Below are positions 1 through 12,912 of a DNA stretch of 64,000 nt, piece by piece. Every line of letters begins with the position of its first letter. The first letter of the stretch is position 1. The DNA is from Takakia lepidozioides (Eukaryota; Plantae; Bryophyta). The notes beneath the pieces are model-generated. The model searched no databases and was not told where the DNA came from. It worked only from the letters and a program-made list of their open reading frames with translations. The DNA is taken from assembly GCA_030704615.1 (NCBI GenBank), contig CM060731.1, positions 47,058,001-47,122,000 of the forward strand. Direction: 5' to 3'. The position numbers were made by a program, and so were the translations under genes.

Positions 1-968
1 TGGTTAGTTGAAATTAATTTTTGTTGTTTACTTAGTAACTAATATTTACACTAGAATATCTCTCATCTAAAATAACCATAATACTTTATACCGAGGGTAA
101 TTATACATTCGCAGTACTTATTTTTGGACTATTGTTTCCGTAAATACGTCAATGAGTTAGTACTAACTGTTGGTTACAAATTACAAACGCAAACACTTAT
201 AACATAGAAAATTTATAAATCCACACTAGCAGCACCCTTGGGGCTAGGCGGCGCCTTCGGGACCTAACCTAGCTCTGTCTAACACGAACCCTAAATTAAG
301 TATGCAATCGTTAACCCTTAAACGCCCAGTGCCATAGTTTGACTTTTTAAGAAAACATGACCCCTTAAGTGAAAAAAAGGTGTAACTTTCAGAAATTAAC
401 TTTTTAAAGAACTTGACCGCACATTAGGTGCGTACCTTCCTCCTGCATCCACCTGCCGAATTTGAGGCCAATCAGCCCCAGATCCACAAAATGCCACCGT
501 TGAATGTGGGCCCCATTATTGGGGCACTTTTGAGAAACATATCTATTTTTGGTAATTTTTTAAAGATTTGAGTGGCGGGATCAAATGGGATTGAGGCGAA
601 ATTAGCAGGGTTTCATCCTCTTGAGATCCCTCATCCAACAAGCCAAAAAGTATCCAATTTGGCCAATGCATCTGATGTTGCCACTTGGTCAAACCTGGGA
701 AAATCCCATGTTTCTCTCCCTCTCTCACACACGTGTGAAGAATGAAACAACGAAAATTACCTTTATCAAATCGTGACCCCCCTGCTTGCGTGATGAGACC
801 ACTTTGCAACTTGGCAAATCCGAGGCAATCGGGCAATGAATCTTGGTGTGCCAGGTGCCCAAGAACACTATATTTTTTTTTTCACACAATTCCATGGAGA
901 ATGCAAAAAGTTATTCAGATTTTTTTAAACCCAAAAGCCCGAAATGGGCTACTGGGCGTTTAAGGGTT

Positions 969-1770
969 AATGGGGAACATTAATGGTTGACAGATGACCC
1001 CGGAAGTAGTTTCTTTATTGAAGAAATTGGGTTTGAAAGATCTTCTGCGTCAAGGCTGACTTTGCATCACCGGGAATTAATGATTGAGTTTGTTAACAAT
1101 TTCGATTCCGTGACAGACACTACTATAGTGAAGGGTGTGGTTATACGACTCACTCCAGAGAAGCTACAAGAAGTTTTTGAGCTGTCAGTGGGGAAACAAC
1201 CTGATATGGAAGGACTGGAGGAATTACAGATTGCAGACCTGTTTGAGAAGGGAGTTTTTTCTGCTACTCAGGATACACATGCATGAAGGCAAAGTATTCT
1301 AGTCTGAGAGAGGTGGGTCAAGTACTTAATGTTCTATTTAACATGAAGCTCAGACCATTCTACAGTTGCAATTGGTTCTTCAAAACATGAATGACACTGT
1401 TGAGAAGGCTAAGGCAGGACAAAATTAGCTAACCGTGTGATGGGTACTTTTGCTGCATTGGTTAATTCTTACAAGACCAGAATGGAAAGCTTACAACGCC
1501 TGGTGAAGGCATTCCATGCGAAGAGGAGCAAAAACTGAGAAGTTCTACTCGTCAGCAGGTCGATGATCACATTCTTCAGCTAAGGTCGAACGGCAAGCCG
1601 GTGGATGGCAAGGTACCTCGCAAATTGACTAGGGAAGAAATCACAGATTTCCAACAGCAAGTGCAGGCCATTGCCACCAGTACTATTGACGGAGTCTATA
1701 GTACAATAGCTGATTTGCAGGAAGACATGGACACTCTTCAGATTCAAGTGGATGAATTAATTCAGGGTAT
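969..1770 (+). pseudogene. Degraded copy of a Ty3/gypsy accessory ('extra') ORF
   Basis: 1350-1760 is near-identical to 13143-13560 (e.g. DGKVPRKLTREEITDFQQQVQ vs DGKVPRKLTRDEIIDFQQQVQ). The N-part ELMIEFVNNFD...VKGVVIRLTPEKLQEVFEL resembles the ATHILA-ORF1-like pattern. Stops and frameshifts are present. Confidence 0.6.
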
Positions 1771-4476
1771 TGGCAATAGAGGCAATTGCTATGAGGGTGG
1801 TTTGGCAGGATATGATGAATTAATTGCAGCTGTGGGTTAGGTAGTATTAAGCAGTGAGATATGTAGGAAACCAGATTTGAGAAGGTCGTGGTGGCAGTGT
1901 TTATAGGCCACTTTGATGTGGTGGCATTGCAACTTCCTGCCAGTATGTCAGTACTCTTTTGAGTCCCCTGAAGCATTAATTCACACGCCTGACGAAGATT
2001 TCTAAGGTTGTGGTGTGGGGAAGTTGTGACTAGCGCCTTGTGCCTCGTGGTTGGTCAAGCTGGCCACAACAACTTTTCTTTGTGGTTCTTTGAACTATAG
2101 GCTTGGAAACTTTTTACATGAGCATGGCCTTGTAAGCAGGTCCTATGGCCAGTGCATGTACGGATAAAACCATGGAGGAAACGGATGCTAAAGACCTTCA
2201 TGATACTGCCGCCATGGACCCACCGCCATTTGCTGGACGGGAGGGGCGCTTTCTGGCAGTGTCAACCCCCCACTTTATGGTTATTAATAAATACGGGGGC
2301 TATGTCCCTTGGATTCATGTGAGAATTCAGCTCATGATGGTGTTGGTTTCGATAATGGGTGATCGCAGCATGCGCTATTAGCTGCTTGCCGTGGATAATT
2401 GGTGTGGTTCCCATTTGCTGGCCTGCCCCCAAGCTAAGAGTAGCTCTGTGACGTATACAACTGTGGGGGGGATATTAGGGTAAGTCTGACTTGTGTGTGC
2501 CACAGTAGCCATTTGTATGGTTGGGAGGGGCCAGGTTCCTGTGATATGGTGGCGATGTTGTGACCCGAGCAATGTGTTTGGTCTTAGTGGATAACGTAAT
2601 GTGTCTGGTCTTAGTGGGAGCCCCTGTAACACCAAATGTAGTCATGAGGCCCACAAGGCATGCACAGTAAACATAGTCTGACTGCAGCTATGGAGGTATA
2701 TAGCAGTAAACATAGTCTGATTGTAGCTGTGGTATTATACACATTTTTCCCTACTCTTCAATGTTGCTGAAAGGGTATTGATGCTTTTGTCCTGTGATTC
2801 TCAAAGGTTGAGTATCTCTGAATCTATCCATGTGGTAGTAAGTACACTTGCAGAGCTAACATCACACAAATGAACATGGTGAGGAAAGGGTATTCTAAAC
2901 AAACCCCACCACCCACCCCAATCACCCAAGAGTGGAAGAGAAATTTGTGCCTTACTTAGTAAGGCTGTTTTGTCTTGGTTTCTTTCAGAAACCTCTTCAG
3001 ACTCCTATGGTGATATGGAGGATATGGAGGAGTCCTAATACATCTGCAATTTTGTTTTTTTGAAAACAACATAAAAAATCAACCCCCAAGAAACTAACCA
3101 AGTACACAAAAGTTCCTTCACCTTCCGTCATTTGTTTGGTTTTTAGGCTGGTTATTGGTCAATCTGAAGTGCAAGAGTGAACACTTCATGCACATAGCAA
3201 TTAGACCTCATGCATATAGCAATTATGAATGGTTTGCTGTAGCCTTGGGGCCATGGACCCTGTGCATAATAGAAGGTAACAGAGACTACCTTTGTGAGGG
3301 GCTCACTCCAGTGTGCTAACCCTGCTTCACCATTATCTGATTGAAATGGCATGCCAATGAATGCCATGGAATTCCCAATTCAGTCGTGATCCAATGCCTT
3401 TGAGTTGGATGAAATTAAAGAATACCAAAGCTGGTCTACAAGCACTTTGCAACCCGGAACTTTGTGATCGACAGTTCTGAAGTAAGCTTGGGATCGTTGA
3501 TCGACGTAAAGGCTGCACAAACATTGATTCTTTGCTATGTGTTGCTACTGCAAACTGGATGTATTGAGGTGGAAATTGATAGTCCTTGTAATCGATCTGC
3601 CGTAACTTCCCTCACATTATCTGGCTACGTTTTTGCAGATTCAATATGTTTTTCCTTGTGCAAACTATTGTAAGTGTTTTTGGATTAAAGCATATGAAGT
3701 TACACATCTGAAAACAGTTGGGTTTCAGTGACATGTGTGACCTCCAACTACTGATCAAGACAAATGAAGGCGTTCATCTTGTTTGACCAAGAGCATGCTT
3801 GCATTGTGATAAATATGGTTGTTATATATTGGTTATGTATCCACCCTAAACCAGAAAGCACACTGCTAGTGGCTGTAGGTCTTGCTGTGGGCTTCAACTA
3901 CCCAAAATCAAAGATTGGTGTTGGAACCAGAGACATTCACAGACAAAGAAGCTTTGCTCCAAGGATAGTTAAAGAAAGATTCTGAGAAAGAAACTAGAAC
4001 CCTTTCAGCCGATCTAGTCATGAAGCTCAACGTTAGAGAGGAATTGGCAAACTTCGAAACTGCGTCTATCCATGAAGAAATTGGTTTTCTTCAGCTCGTT
4101 GTTTCGTCTCTCAAGCTTGTAAGTAGTTTTGGTCTAGTGAGCTTCCTTTAGTTTAGGGTTTACTTTGTTTCTTGTAGTTTTAGTTTTTGTGGTTTCCACT
4201 AGTTTCCATGTCACTGTCGACTCAGCACAGTCAACGAACACTTTGGTCACAGAAATGCTTAACCCAAAACAATTCCATTCCACATGTAGAAAAAAAGAAA
4301 AACCAATGAAAAGCACAATGTAAACTAGTACACAAAACTAACCAAAAGTAACCAACCTCTATAAACTTACTAACCAACCACCCTATACTACCCAAATACA
4401 CAAAACTTCCTTCACCTTTCTTTTCTGCACATTCTGACATTTTCCATCAACTGGTCACTTTTCTTCTTAGCTATTA

Positions 4477-5275
4477 GAGTACACAAACATCTTTACAATG
4501 TGCACAAATGTCCACGCTATGTACACAATTGTCCATACCATGTCCATATCATGATACAAAGTTGTGCTAAACTTATGAAATAGCATTGACATAAAAAAAT
4601 TTCAGTGCGATTTTTTGGCGCATGCTAAAGGATCCTATATAGATTGTGCATGGAAAGTTTCACATTCCAAAAATTCCTAGTTGGCCAAAAACCATGTCAT
4701 TGCCCTGTACATGATTTGTAGGGGTAAACATTGCCAATTGGCCTTGATACAATTTGTTTTTCACTTTGTTATCGATTCCCAAGCTTCCTAACAACATGCA
4801 CATTGTTCATGCAAAGCGTCGTGTTAAAATAAATTCATATACAAGAGGTTCCACATGTGGTCACATCATTTGCACTTCAAACCTTAAAGATCACTTCAAC
4901 TACATGCTCTACTTCCGTAGATTGGTGTGACAAATGAGCAAAGAACACACTTTTTGGAGGCACTAAATTTTTTTCTCCCAATCTTTTGCAGAGTTGTAGT
5001 ACCATGTGTGTGTATCTTCACAAAACAAATTTCAGCCAAAAAACAAATCATACCAAGGAGAAAATCGCAACCCTAGCCCTCAAACCTTAAACCCTAGAGA
5101 CTCTAAATTAATAAAAAAACATTTACAAATATTATAACTAATATTTGCAAGCACATGCTATGGACAAAAAGTGAACGGGTAGGGACTGTACTGGTGTATG
5201 CATGGACATTTATGTACATAGTATGGACATTTTTGTACTCTGTTTTGTAAACAAGCATGGACATTTGTGTACTCT
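4477..5275. repeat. Foldback/MITE-like segment with imperfect inverted ends
   Basis: AGAGTACACAAA...CACAAATGTCCACGCTATGTACAC (4477-4545) is the approximate reverse complement of the TGGACATTT(G/A)TGTAC repeats at 5200-5275. No TSD was identified. Confidence 0.35.
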
Positions 5276-5459
5276 GTTTTGGTCAGAAAAGTATGGGAAC
5301 TCCAAAATGGATCAATGTACACTGCACGGATAAAATATGTATGCTTCAATCAGCAGGTCTGGTGTGTAAAGGGGATATGTCTCTCTCTCTAGAGCAAAAA
5401 GCCACCATAGCTGCAGCACCATCTCTGAGAGAATACCAGTCGCAGTAGCTCAAGAAACC

Positions 5460-7259
5460 CTACACTGTGTAACGAGCTATCTCGTCGTCCTCCTAGGGAA
5501 AACACAACAAAAGAAATGTCAGGTTCTGGAATATAGCAGGTCTTAACTCCCTCTCTCTCACTCTCTCTGACCACAAGGCCACTTCTAGCACTGTCTTATA
5601 AGTCCATCTCTAGGCTGAGCAAGCCCAAACAGGGGATGAAGGCAAAGATAAGACGTGGGAAGTCTAAAATTCAACCGTCAATACCTCATCTCTCCTCTCT
5701 GCTCTAAGAGGTGTGAGATTTAAAAGTACAGAGAAAAAATCACTTACATGGAAATAATAACTAAGCTCATCATGATAGCCCTGCAACACAGCCTTCCATT
5801 TCCTCCCGATGCTTATCTGCACCCCCATGCCAGGTTAATAAGATGAACCCTTACCTTGCCCCACCTATCTTTTTCTCCCTCCCCCTCCATTTTTTAGGGG
5901 TTTATGGCCAAAGGCTATTTATTCACTGTGTCAATCTAGTTCAAATACACACTGTCTTCCTTTCTCTGTAAACCATCCAAGCCAGGAATGTGGGTCAGCC
6001 AAGTCCTGTGGCAAGCACCTAGTAAGTACATAATCTCAGATGCTATTTCCATCATTTCCACTAAACATTTGAGCAGGAACATAACCACATAAAAGTACCT
6101 GAGCAGCTCTATCTAAGGCAGTGTTGGTCCAAATGGCAACCTTGCCCTGTGCCCGCCGGACACTCACCACTGCCCCATAGATCTCATCAGGGTCATCAAA
6201 CTCCTCCCCCATCAGTGCCAAGAGCTGCAGCCACAAGTTAAACAGAATGTGATGAACAAATACACAAGAGACCTGCAGAAAAGACGTTGTGGGTGATAGA
6301 GATGAGACAGTGTCCTGCATGATTTATTTTCACTCTTCCTTATTTGCCCGCGCTCATGGCAAACAGGTTGGTGATGAGTTATTATCTTCAGTATCATGTC
6401 AAGGACCTTTAAGCCACAATTCAGATCATCCAAATTGAAAGAGAAGGCACCAGCCAGTCATCCTGCTCTAACCCAATGTACTCACGGTAGTGCTTACAGC
6501 AGTTTCACTTGCTGCCAACCCTCATGCATTTAGAAGAGGGGAAAGGAAAACTACAGTGTGAAGCCAGAAAGTGTCAAGGGCACTCTTGCCACAGCGAGTG
6601 TTCGCAGTCCACTTGCCACCATTTGCAAATGTGGGACCCTCCCACTCTCGAAGGTCCTCCTCGTCACCCATTTCCTCTTTGTCCTCGTCGTGAAGAAGCT
6701 CCTTTCCGTCCTTGAAGACGTGGAGACACTTGAAACACTTAATGGTATGGGTGCCAGCGAGGAGCTTGGTAGGTCGCATCACATTGTTGTACAGGCTGCA
6801 TCCAAATAGCAGACTTAATAACTCACTGAATGGTATATAGAAGAATGTTCGACAAATTAGCAGCAAATAATCGACATTCAAATGCTCACACGCTAGGGTT
6901 CACCCGTCTACAATATTGGTGGCCAGATGAAGACAAAATGACGAGGAGAGATAGGATGTGTACCACCAAAACTCTTCTCGCGTCGCCACTGTGTAAGTGG
7001 CGGGAGGAGCGGTTGCATCTGAAAACCAAAAAGTCCACGAATGTACCAGCGGGTGCTGGTTCATCACGTCCACCGCACTCTCCACTTGCAATTGCGGCGA
7101 CGCAATCTCTCCATCCTCGAGGCCCGGACAATTGACGTCCCAGAGAATGTAGCGTTTGTGGAATCGGCTCTCAAGGGCTTCGTACGCAGTAAGCAGACCC
7201 TCACGGGTCATGGGTCCAAGCCTGCTCTGAGAGCTCTGAGAATTCGCTTCTGCTGACAT
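5460..7259 (-). CDS. eIF4E: Divergent eIF4E-family translation initiation factor, 5 exons (7259-6964, 6795-6555, 6224-6099, 5816-5748, 5492-5460), 254 aa
   Basis: Motifs HPLVHSWTFWF, EEFW, LYNN, WEGPTFANGGKW, LLALMGEEFD..EIYGAVVSVR...KVAIWT, ISIGRKWK and terminal RYTV*. All four introns are GT-AG and splice in frame. Exon 3 is 126 nt, as in plant eIF4E genes. Confidence 0.92.
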
Positions 7260-8221
7260 TTTGCTGACAATGTGCTTCTGAGGGGAGATGCTTGAAAGTC
7301 ATGGACTTGGGATAAATTTTTGAATTTCCCTACCGTTTCATCCGACCTCGCTGTGGTGACTTCAAACCTGGGATAACTGGTGAACCGGTTACAAAAACTG
7401 GCCGTTCAGTGTCTATGCAAGGACGACTACCACTGCGACTGGCACGGGCCGGTGATATGATCGTTTAGAGGCCCGCGACTGCGCGCACTTTCTCTACAGG
7501 TCTCTCTCTCTCTCTCTCTTTCCAAGAGCATCTGCTGGACACTGAGCCAATTTCAGAGACATCTATGAGCCAATTACACCACATCAGTGCCGCCTTCGCG
7601 ATACGACGTAGGTTCTTCCGGGTGATTCTACTGAAATTCTGATTACATCAAATTTGGTCATGGTTGGGTTTGGCATGATGGACAATTTCCTCAGTTGATA
7701 ATGTCTTCAAATGCCTTAGTTATGAGGTACTGCAGTCACCCAAGCATCTTGCATTTATTGAGTACCATGCAGTACCGTTTCGAGGGTCATCTCCCAAAAT
7801 CTAAATCTCTGATGGCTGCAAACAAATTCACGTAGGAAGATGACCACTAGAAGCGATCTTCAACTTCTGACAAAAAACACCTTGAGAAGAAAACTTAGAA
7901 TCCTGTTAAGATAACCGTAGTTCATGTCTTTGGAGCACAAAAGTTTAAAACAGTTTACCAACAATCTACTGGGGATTTGTCCAAGATACGCATGCTTACT
8001 TCAGGCCGACGAGTATAGCGAATAAGGCATTTGATCACAAAGTGATTCTCATCGTTGCTCGTAAGCGGCACCTTGTCAACCACTGCACATTCACTATATC
8101 CTGGTGAACAGGACAAACTTCTGCAAGGATTGGACATGATCATTGTTGCTATGTGGTGGATAAGACTGCAGATATAGCTCATGGATTGCAGGCAGAATGC
8201 TTGTGACATTACCAACAGCAG

Positions 8222-8672
8222 ATGTTGGAGCCCAATGTGGAAACCAGCCCGGTATTAACTTTTATTCTCCTGAGGGCATCGGGGCGGTTCAGGGTGGGTT
8301 CCCACAACCTACGGATAGAGACTGGCAGATGGGAAAACCTGCAACGGGAGGACCGCCTATGTCCAGCTTGCATAGGGCGCAGCCAGGAAATCGAAACTGA
8401 AGCACACTTCTTCTTCTACTGCCCTCTATACTACGAGATCCATGGGAGATTCCACTGTTTATTCAGTGGAACCCAAACTCTCACTGATGTCTTCCACTAT
8501 GAGGATCAAAAATGCTTGGCAGCCTACCTGCACGAGGCCTTCACCCTTCGACATTCGCTAGAACATTAATTGTGGTTTCTGTACTTGTTCCTCTCTCATG
8601 TTTCCATTTTGTCCCATAAGCTCTATGAGCTTTCCGCGGACGTTATAAAGTACCATTTCATTTCATTTCATT
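8222..8672 (+). mobile_element. 5'-truncated LINE: ORF2 C-terminal Cys/His region plus 3' (ATTTC)n tail
   Basis: FRVGSHNLRIETGRW...RLCPAC...ETEAHFFFYCPLY is typical of non-LTR ORF2 C-termini. It ends in TATAAAGTACCATTTCATTTCATTTCA. Confidence 0.75.
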
Positions 8673-8897
8673 CTGGACAGCATGAGTCATCATTGGTAAC
8701 GGGTCCAGTGGGTCCATGGCATGACGCTTCCTGTGCTGCTACTATATGAGTTGATGCAAGATGCACGAGACCAAGATTGTTTTTGGACCATGCGGTTCTA
8801 TTGACACGCATGAGGTTTTGAATTTTCTAAATGTCAAATCTTTTGGATCATGCTAATAATTTTTATTTTTCATGTAACTCTTGTTGGCTTTGGCCCA

Positions 8898-9013
8898 GTC
8901 GGAAAGATGATCGAGCTGCTTGGAGGAAAGGCAGGTGTAATGAGTGGCCGATTTCACTATGGTAGTGCATTTGGGGAGCCCAGTGGGCATGCTGACACTG
9001 TGGAAGCCATCAG
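8898..9013 (+). pseudogene. NRPC2: Orphan exon fragment of RNA polymerase III second-largest subunit
   Basis: VGKMIELLGGKAGVMSGRFHYGSAFGEPSGHADTVEAI matches the conserved plant RPC2 segment. No neighbouring RPC2 exons were recognised. Confidence 0.75.
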
Positions 9014-9683
9014 GCTTATGCTCTTCATGGAATTCCACGCAGGAGGCATTGACTTGTTTGTAATATGTTCATCGTTCTTTGCCAGATGCTGCATGGTACT
9101 GAGGGAAAGGACTGAGGATTCTTGCCCAACTTGCCTGGGCTCTGCACTGATACCAGTGGTCCATAGTGCAAAAATATTTGCATCCTTGCCAGGTGATTTG
9201 AGACGATTATGTCTGCAAGGCTGCTAACAAAAACGTTTATGGCCATCCAGCTGCATCGTAACTTAGAGAGACCCTCTATAGTCATCGTTTCTTCTGTCTT
9301 GGACAAGACCCCATCTATATAATTTGCTAACTGTCTCCTTCTCTATCCCTGCACTTCAGAGGTATATACAAAAGATATGTAACCTCTCTCCCCCGAGCTC
9401 AATATATATCTACTAGATGTGTCCTACCGAAAAAGATCTAATAGCTACTCTAGGCCACATCTCTTCTAGGCCACGACATGAATAGCAAGTATCTAACAAT
9501 GTTCAACTTGCTATTCAGGGAGCATCAATACACTGAAGTAAACAAACACTCTAACACCTCAAACAAAACAAACAAAGAATAGGGTACCTAAGTTAGTCCA
9601 GCATCTCAATGCCCAATCTCGCACAAGAGAAGCTTCAGGACCGTGACATATAGAGACTGGTTAGAGTACTGTTGACGGCAAAG

Positions 9684-9710
9684 ATGAAATGAAATGAAAC
9701 GGTACTTTAT
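9684..9710 (-). repeat. Inverted stub of the same LINE 3' tail
   Basis: GATGAAATGAAATGAAACGGTACTTTATA is the near-exact reverse complement of 8645-8672. Confidence 0.6.
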
Positions 9711-9924
9711 AGGTGGAAAAGATATGGAAAGAACGAAAGAAGAGAGATGTGGCCTTCGAAAGAGCTGTGACCTTCGAAGGACACCCCTGGCACCTTGCCA
9801 AATGCCTCCTCAATGCAGGCCACAACTCAGAGTTGCACATGCTTTGATTGCCCGCATGTCTTCGACCCTAAACTTAACCAAGAATCATAAACCTAGCATT
9901 GTGGTGATCCACGAAATCATCACA

Positions 9925-11139
9925 TTACACAGTTATTCCCCTACAAAACTTTCCAGCCTTCAGCTCCCTTATACTGTAGCCGGAATAGTAGGGAAGTGTC
10001 TGCCTCTCCCATGAGTTTTGTACAGTATCAAATACCAGCACTCCTGATGAGTTAAAGCGCTCCACAATTACTTTATCACCACACCCTCCCGCACAAAATA
10101 AAAACAAATCTTGACGAGGCATTATTGGCAACTGCTTCCATTCTCGACTGGAGACATTGAACTCCCACAAACATGGAGTATCGAGTGTGCCACTCTTAAC
10201 CACTGCAGCCAGCAACAAGCGGCCCCGACTTTCCACCAAATATTTTGGACATGCACTTGAGTGATTGGGGATCTGTGTCCGAACCTCCGCCCACGCTCCA
10301 GTGCCAAGTATGTCATAAGCAAATAATTTCCGCCACCGAGAGGTCATGGCGTACATCACGTTGCCGCATTTGGCAAACTTCATAAACCGGGCTCCCAGTG
10401 GTGGCATGTTTCCTGTCTCATTCCACGAGTTGGAGATAGAGTCGTATACCAAAGTCTTGTTCACTGCAACTCTTTCGGTAGCCAAAGTTGTAGCAAATAG
10501 CAAAATAAGCTTGTACCCACCGGTACTCCTATCCACCACCAATTGACCAAAAGAGTTTATGCCATCTTCTCGGTAAACTGTAGGCACTGGAGGTAGTCGT
10601 CTGCAACACTTCGAGATTGGGTTGAACACCGTGAGGTGGAAATCCCCACAGGTACAGCTTGATTTGATGGAAAAGAGACCTCCATCTGCAGATTGGATAT
10701 GCGAAAATGGTCGATGGTGCGACACAACTTGTCCTTTTGTTGCGTCACAATGAAACAAATGAGGCGTAAGAAATGAGAGGTCCATCTTGTGCAACACTCC
10801 CCTTGAAGGATCCCAAAACTCCATAACAGTACGTGATATGCTACCGTCAGACAAGCTAAAAAGGAAGGACGGCTCCAATATTTGACGAAGACCCACTTCA
10901 TTGCAAAGATGCATAAAACCTGGATTTGCGGGCAGGGATCGCCACCGCTTGCACACCGTCAGTAAGCGGAAGATATCTCTACAATCTAAGCATGCAAGCG
11001 CTCTGTCCAGTAAGTCGCACGGTAGCTTGCCCCACACCTCCGGGTCCATGACCTCCTTGTCCACGAGGGTGAGCACTGGTGCAGCACGACGACAGCCTGA
11101 GAGATCCCTGCGACGAACCTTGCGCGTAGACATTGTCAA
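9925..11139 (-). CDS. F-box protein with kelch/FBA-type beta-propeller C-terminus, single exon
   Basis: 404-aa open frame. F-box VWGKLPCDLLDRALACL...LLTVCKRWRSL, followed by VFNPISK..RRLPP, LVYDSISNSW, LFAYD...W and LVESRGRLLL. Confidence 0.9.
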   Translation of the reverse strand: MTMSTRKVRRRDLSGCRRAAPVLTLVDKEVMDPEVWGKLPCDLLDRALACLDCRDIFRLLTVCKRWRSLPANPGFMHLCNEVGLRQILEPSFLFSLSDGSISRTVMEFWDPSRGVLHKMDLSFLTPHLFHCDATKGQVVSHHRPFSHIQSADGGLFSIKSSCTCGDFHLTVFNPISKCCRRLPPVPTVYREDGINSFGQLVVDRSTGGYKLILLFATTLATERVAVNKTLVYDSISNSWNETGNMPPLGARFMKFAKCGNVMYAMTSRWRKLFAYDILGTGAWAEVRTQIPNHSSACPKYLVESRGRLLLAAVVKSGTLDTPCLWEFNVSSREWKQLPIMPRQDLFLFCAGGCGDKVIVERFNSSGVLVFDTVQNSWERQTLPYYSGYSIRELKAGKFCRGITV

Positions 11140-12271
11140 GGCGACGCTGTTGAGAACCTCTCTTTAACTCGGACTTCAACACGGGTCTGCGAAGGAAGAG
11201 GGCGACAGAGTGAAGCGAGAAGGAGAAACAAGGTGTTTGCGTACCTAAATACTAGCGTGCTTGCTGTTCAAGCAACCCCACAACACTGACCCCCGCCCTG
11301 CTACTCAACAAGCCAATCGTTTTTCTTTCTTTGTGTCAATATATCTAGCTGTGCGAGCTTTGGTTGTTTCCTCTTGGGGACAGTTACACCCATTTGTACA
11401 CTCACCCCACTTGGGTCTTTTTATAAAGCTATGCAGTTTCTCTTCTTTTTTGAGTTGCCAAAAGCTCTCAATCGTAGCAAAGGGCGCTATAATTAAGTTA
11501 AAGGCTATTCAACCCAATAATAGAAGATCCAAGTAAGAAGGGACAGTCGTTAGTCTTTTTTTTTAGTCTTTTTTAGTCTTTTTTTAAAAGTAAAGGGGAT
11601 GAAGCCCCAGTCTATTTGTGACTGAGAAACTTTTTTTTTTAAATAAATATAGTAATAATAATAATAATAAACTTTATCTTTATCATTATCTATTTGTGTA
11701 GGGTAAGGCACATGTTTAAGCCACTTGGAATGAGGGCGGAGCCCGTGTGACCACTGGCGCAAACATCTGACGGCCCACGCGTGGGGTCTTTAGCCTGCAT
11801 AAACGTTGCTTGAATAAAACCCCGCCACATGTTTTTTCTTTTAGGCGCCCAAATTTCTTTTAGGCTTCTTCCCCGCTGCTTGCTTCCAGCTCCCTTGTTC
11901 ATCCGTTGTTTGTTTCGTTGTCAGTTGTTTTCGATGTAGTTTCTGCAGGATTTGGTCGTATTTGATTATGGTTCATGGTTTTAAGTGCGTTTTCTCCGAA
12001 TTTGACTCCCAGGCTGTCTTTTTACTTATCGGCCATTTCAATGTCGTTAACCCGCGTCCACTTGTCACTGCTCCAATGGACTATGCAACCTATGTGGGCC
12101 GTGTTGCCTGTGACAGGCTGTGACTGACTATGGTAGGCTGTGTTGGCTGTGTGAACACCTGTGTTCTCTGCTATAGCCATACACATTCGGCGTTATGACA
12201 AGTGCTTTATGCTCCGTTGGTGCTACTGGTGTAGTCTGTGACTGCGTCTGTGTTTCAAGATGCAAATCATG

Positions 12272-12912
12272 CTACAATAGTCTATCATGGATACCACTGT
12301 ATCTCTTCAACTTGTTGGCATTGACTCTACCAATCATTTCATTGTTAATTGTTTGTAACATAGCTGTATTGTTATCATACATCTTATGTATGACATAAGG
12401 TCCCTTCCATGGTGATTTCAGCTTAGAAGCTTTAATCTTTCCCTTATTCTGCAACCACAGTACCAAATCTCTTGTTTTAAAAGTTTTTAGTTTGCTTTCA
12501 TCAAACCGATCCTTTCTTTTTATCTGAATTATGGCCATATTATCTGCTGCATTAGCACGTACTTATTCCACATGATATAGTTCATGTTTCCTTACTTTAA
12601 TTGAATCCTCCAATTCCATTCTCCTTCCCTATTCAGTTCTCATGGTAGGTAGTAAGAACTCCATTGGAAGTAGAGCTTCCATGCCATAGACTAATTGGAA
12701 TGGTATATACTTGGTGGTGACCTTGTATGAAGTCATGTATGACCACAAAGCTGTTAATAGCTTTGTATCCCAATCAGTTCTGTTGGCATTGACTATCTTA
12801 GCAAGGATAGTGCATAATATCTTGTTGGTGGCCTCTGCCTGCCCATTGCCCTGTGGGTAATAGGTTCTACTATTCCTGTGCACAATCATAAACTCCTTAA
12901 TCAACAGTTCAA
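12272..12912 (-). mobile_element. Inverted Ty3/gypsy integrase C-terminal fragment
   Basis: YYPQGNGQAEATNK, PFQLVYGMEALLP and the GPY/F motif WKGPY. Near-identical in reverse to 29312-29830. Confidence 0.9.

Noticed and set aside
1860-4450. Possible further retroelement or gene fragments
   Set aside because: Short ORFs without any motif I can identify; left unannotated.
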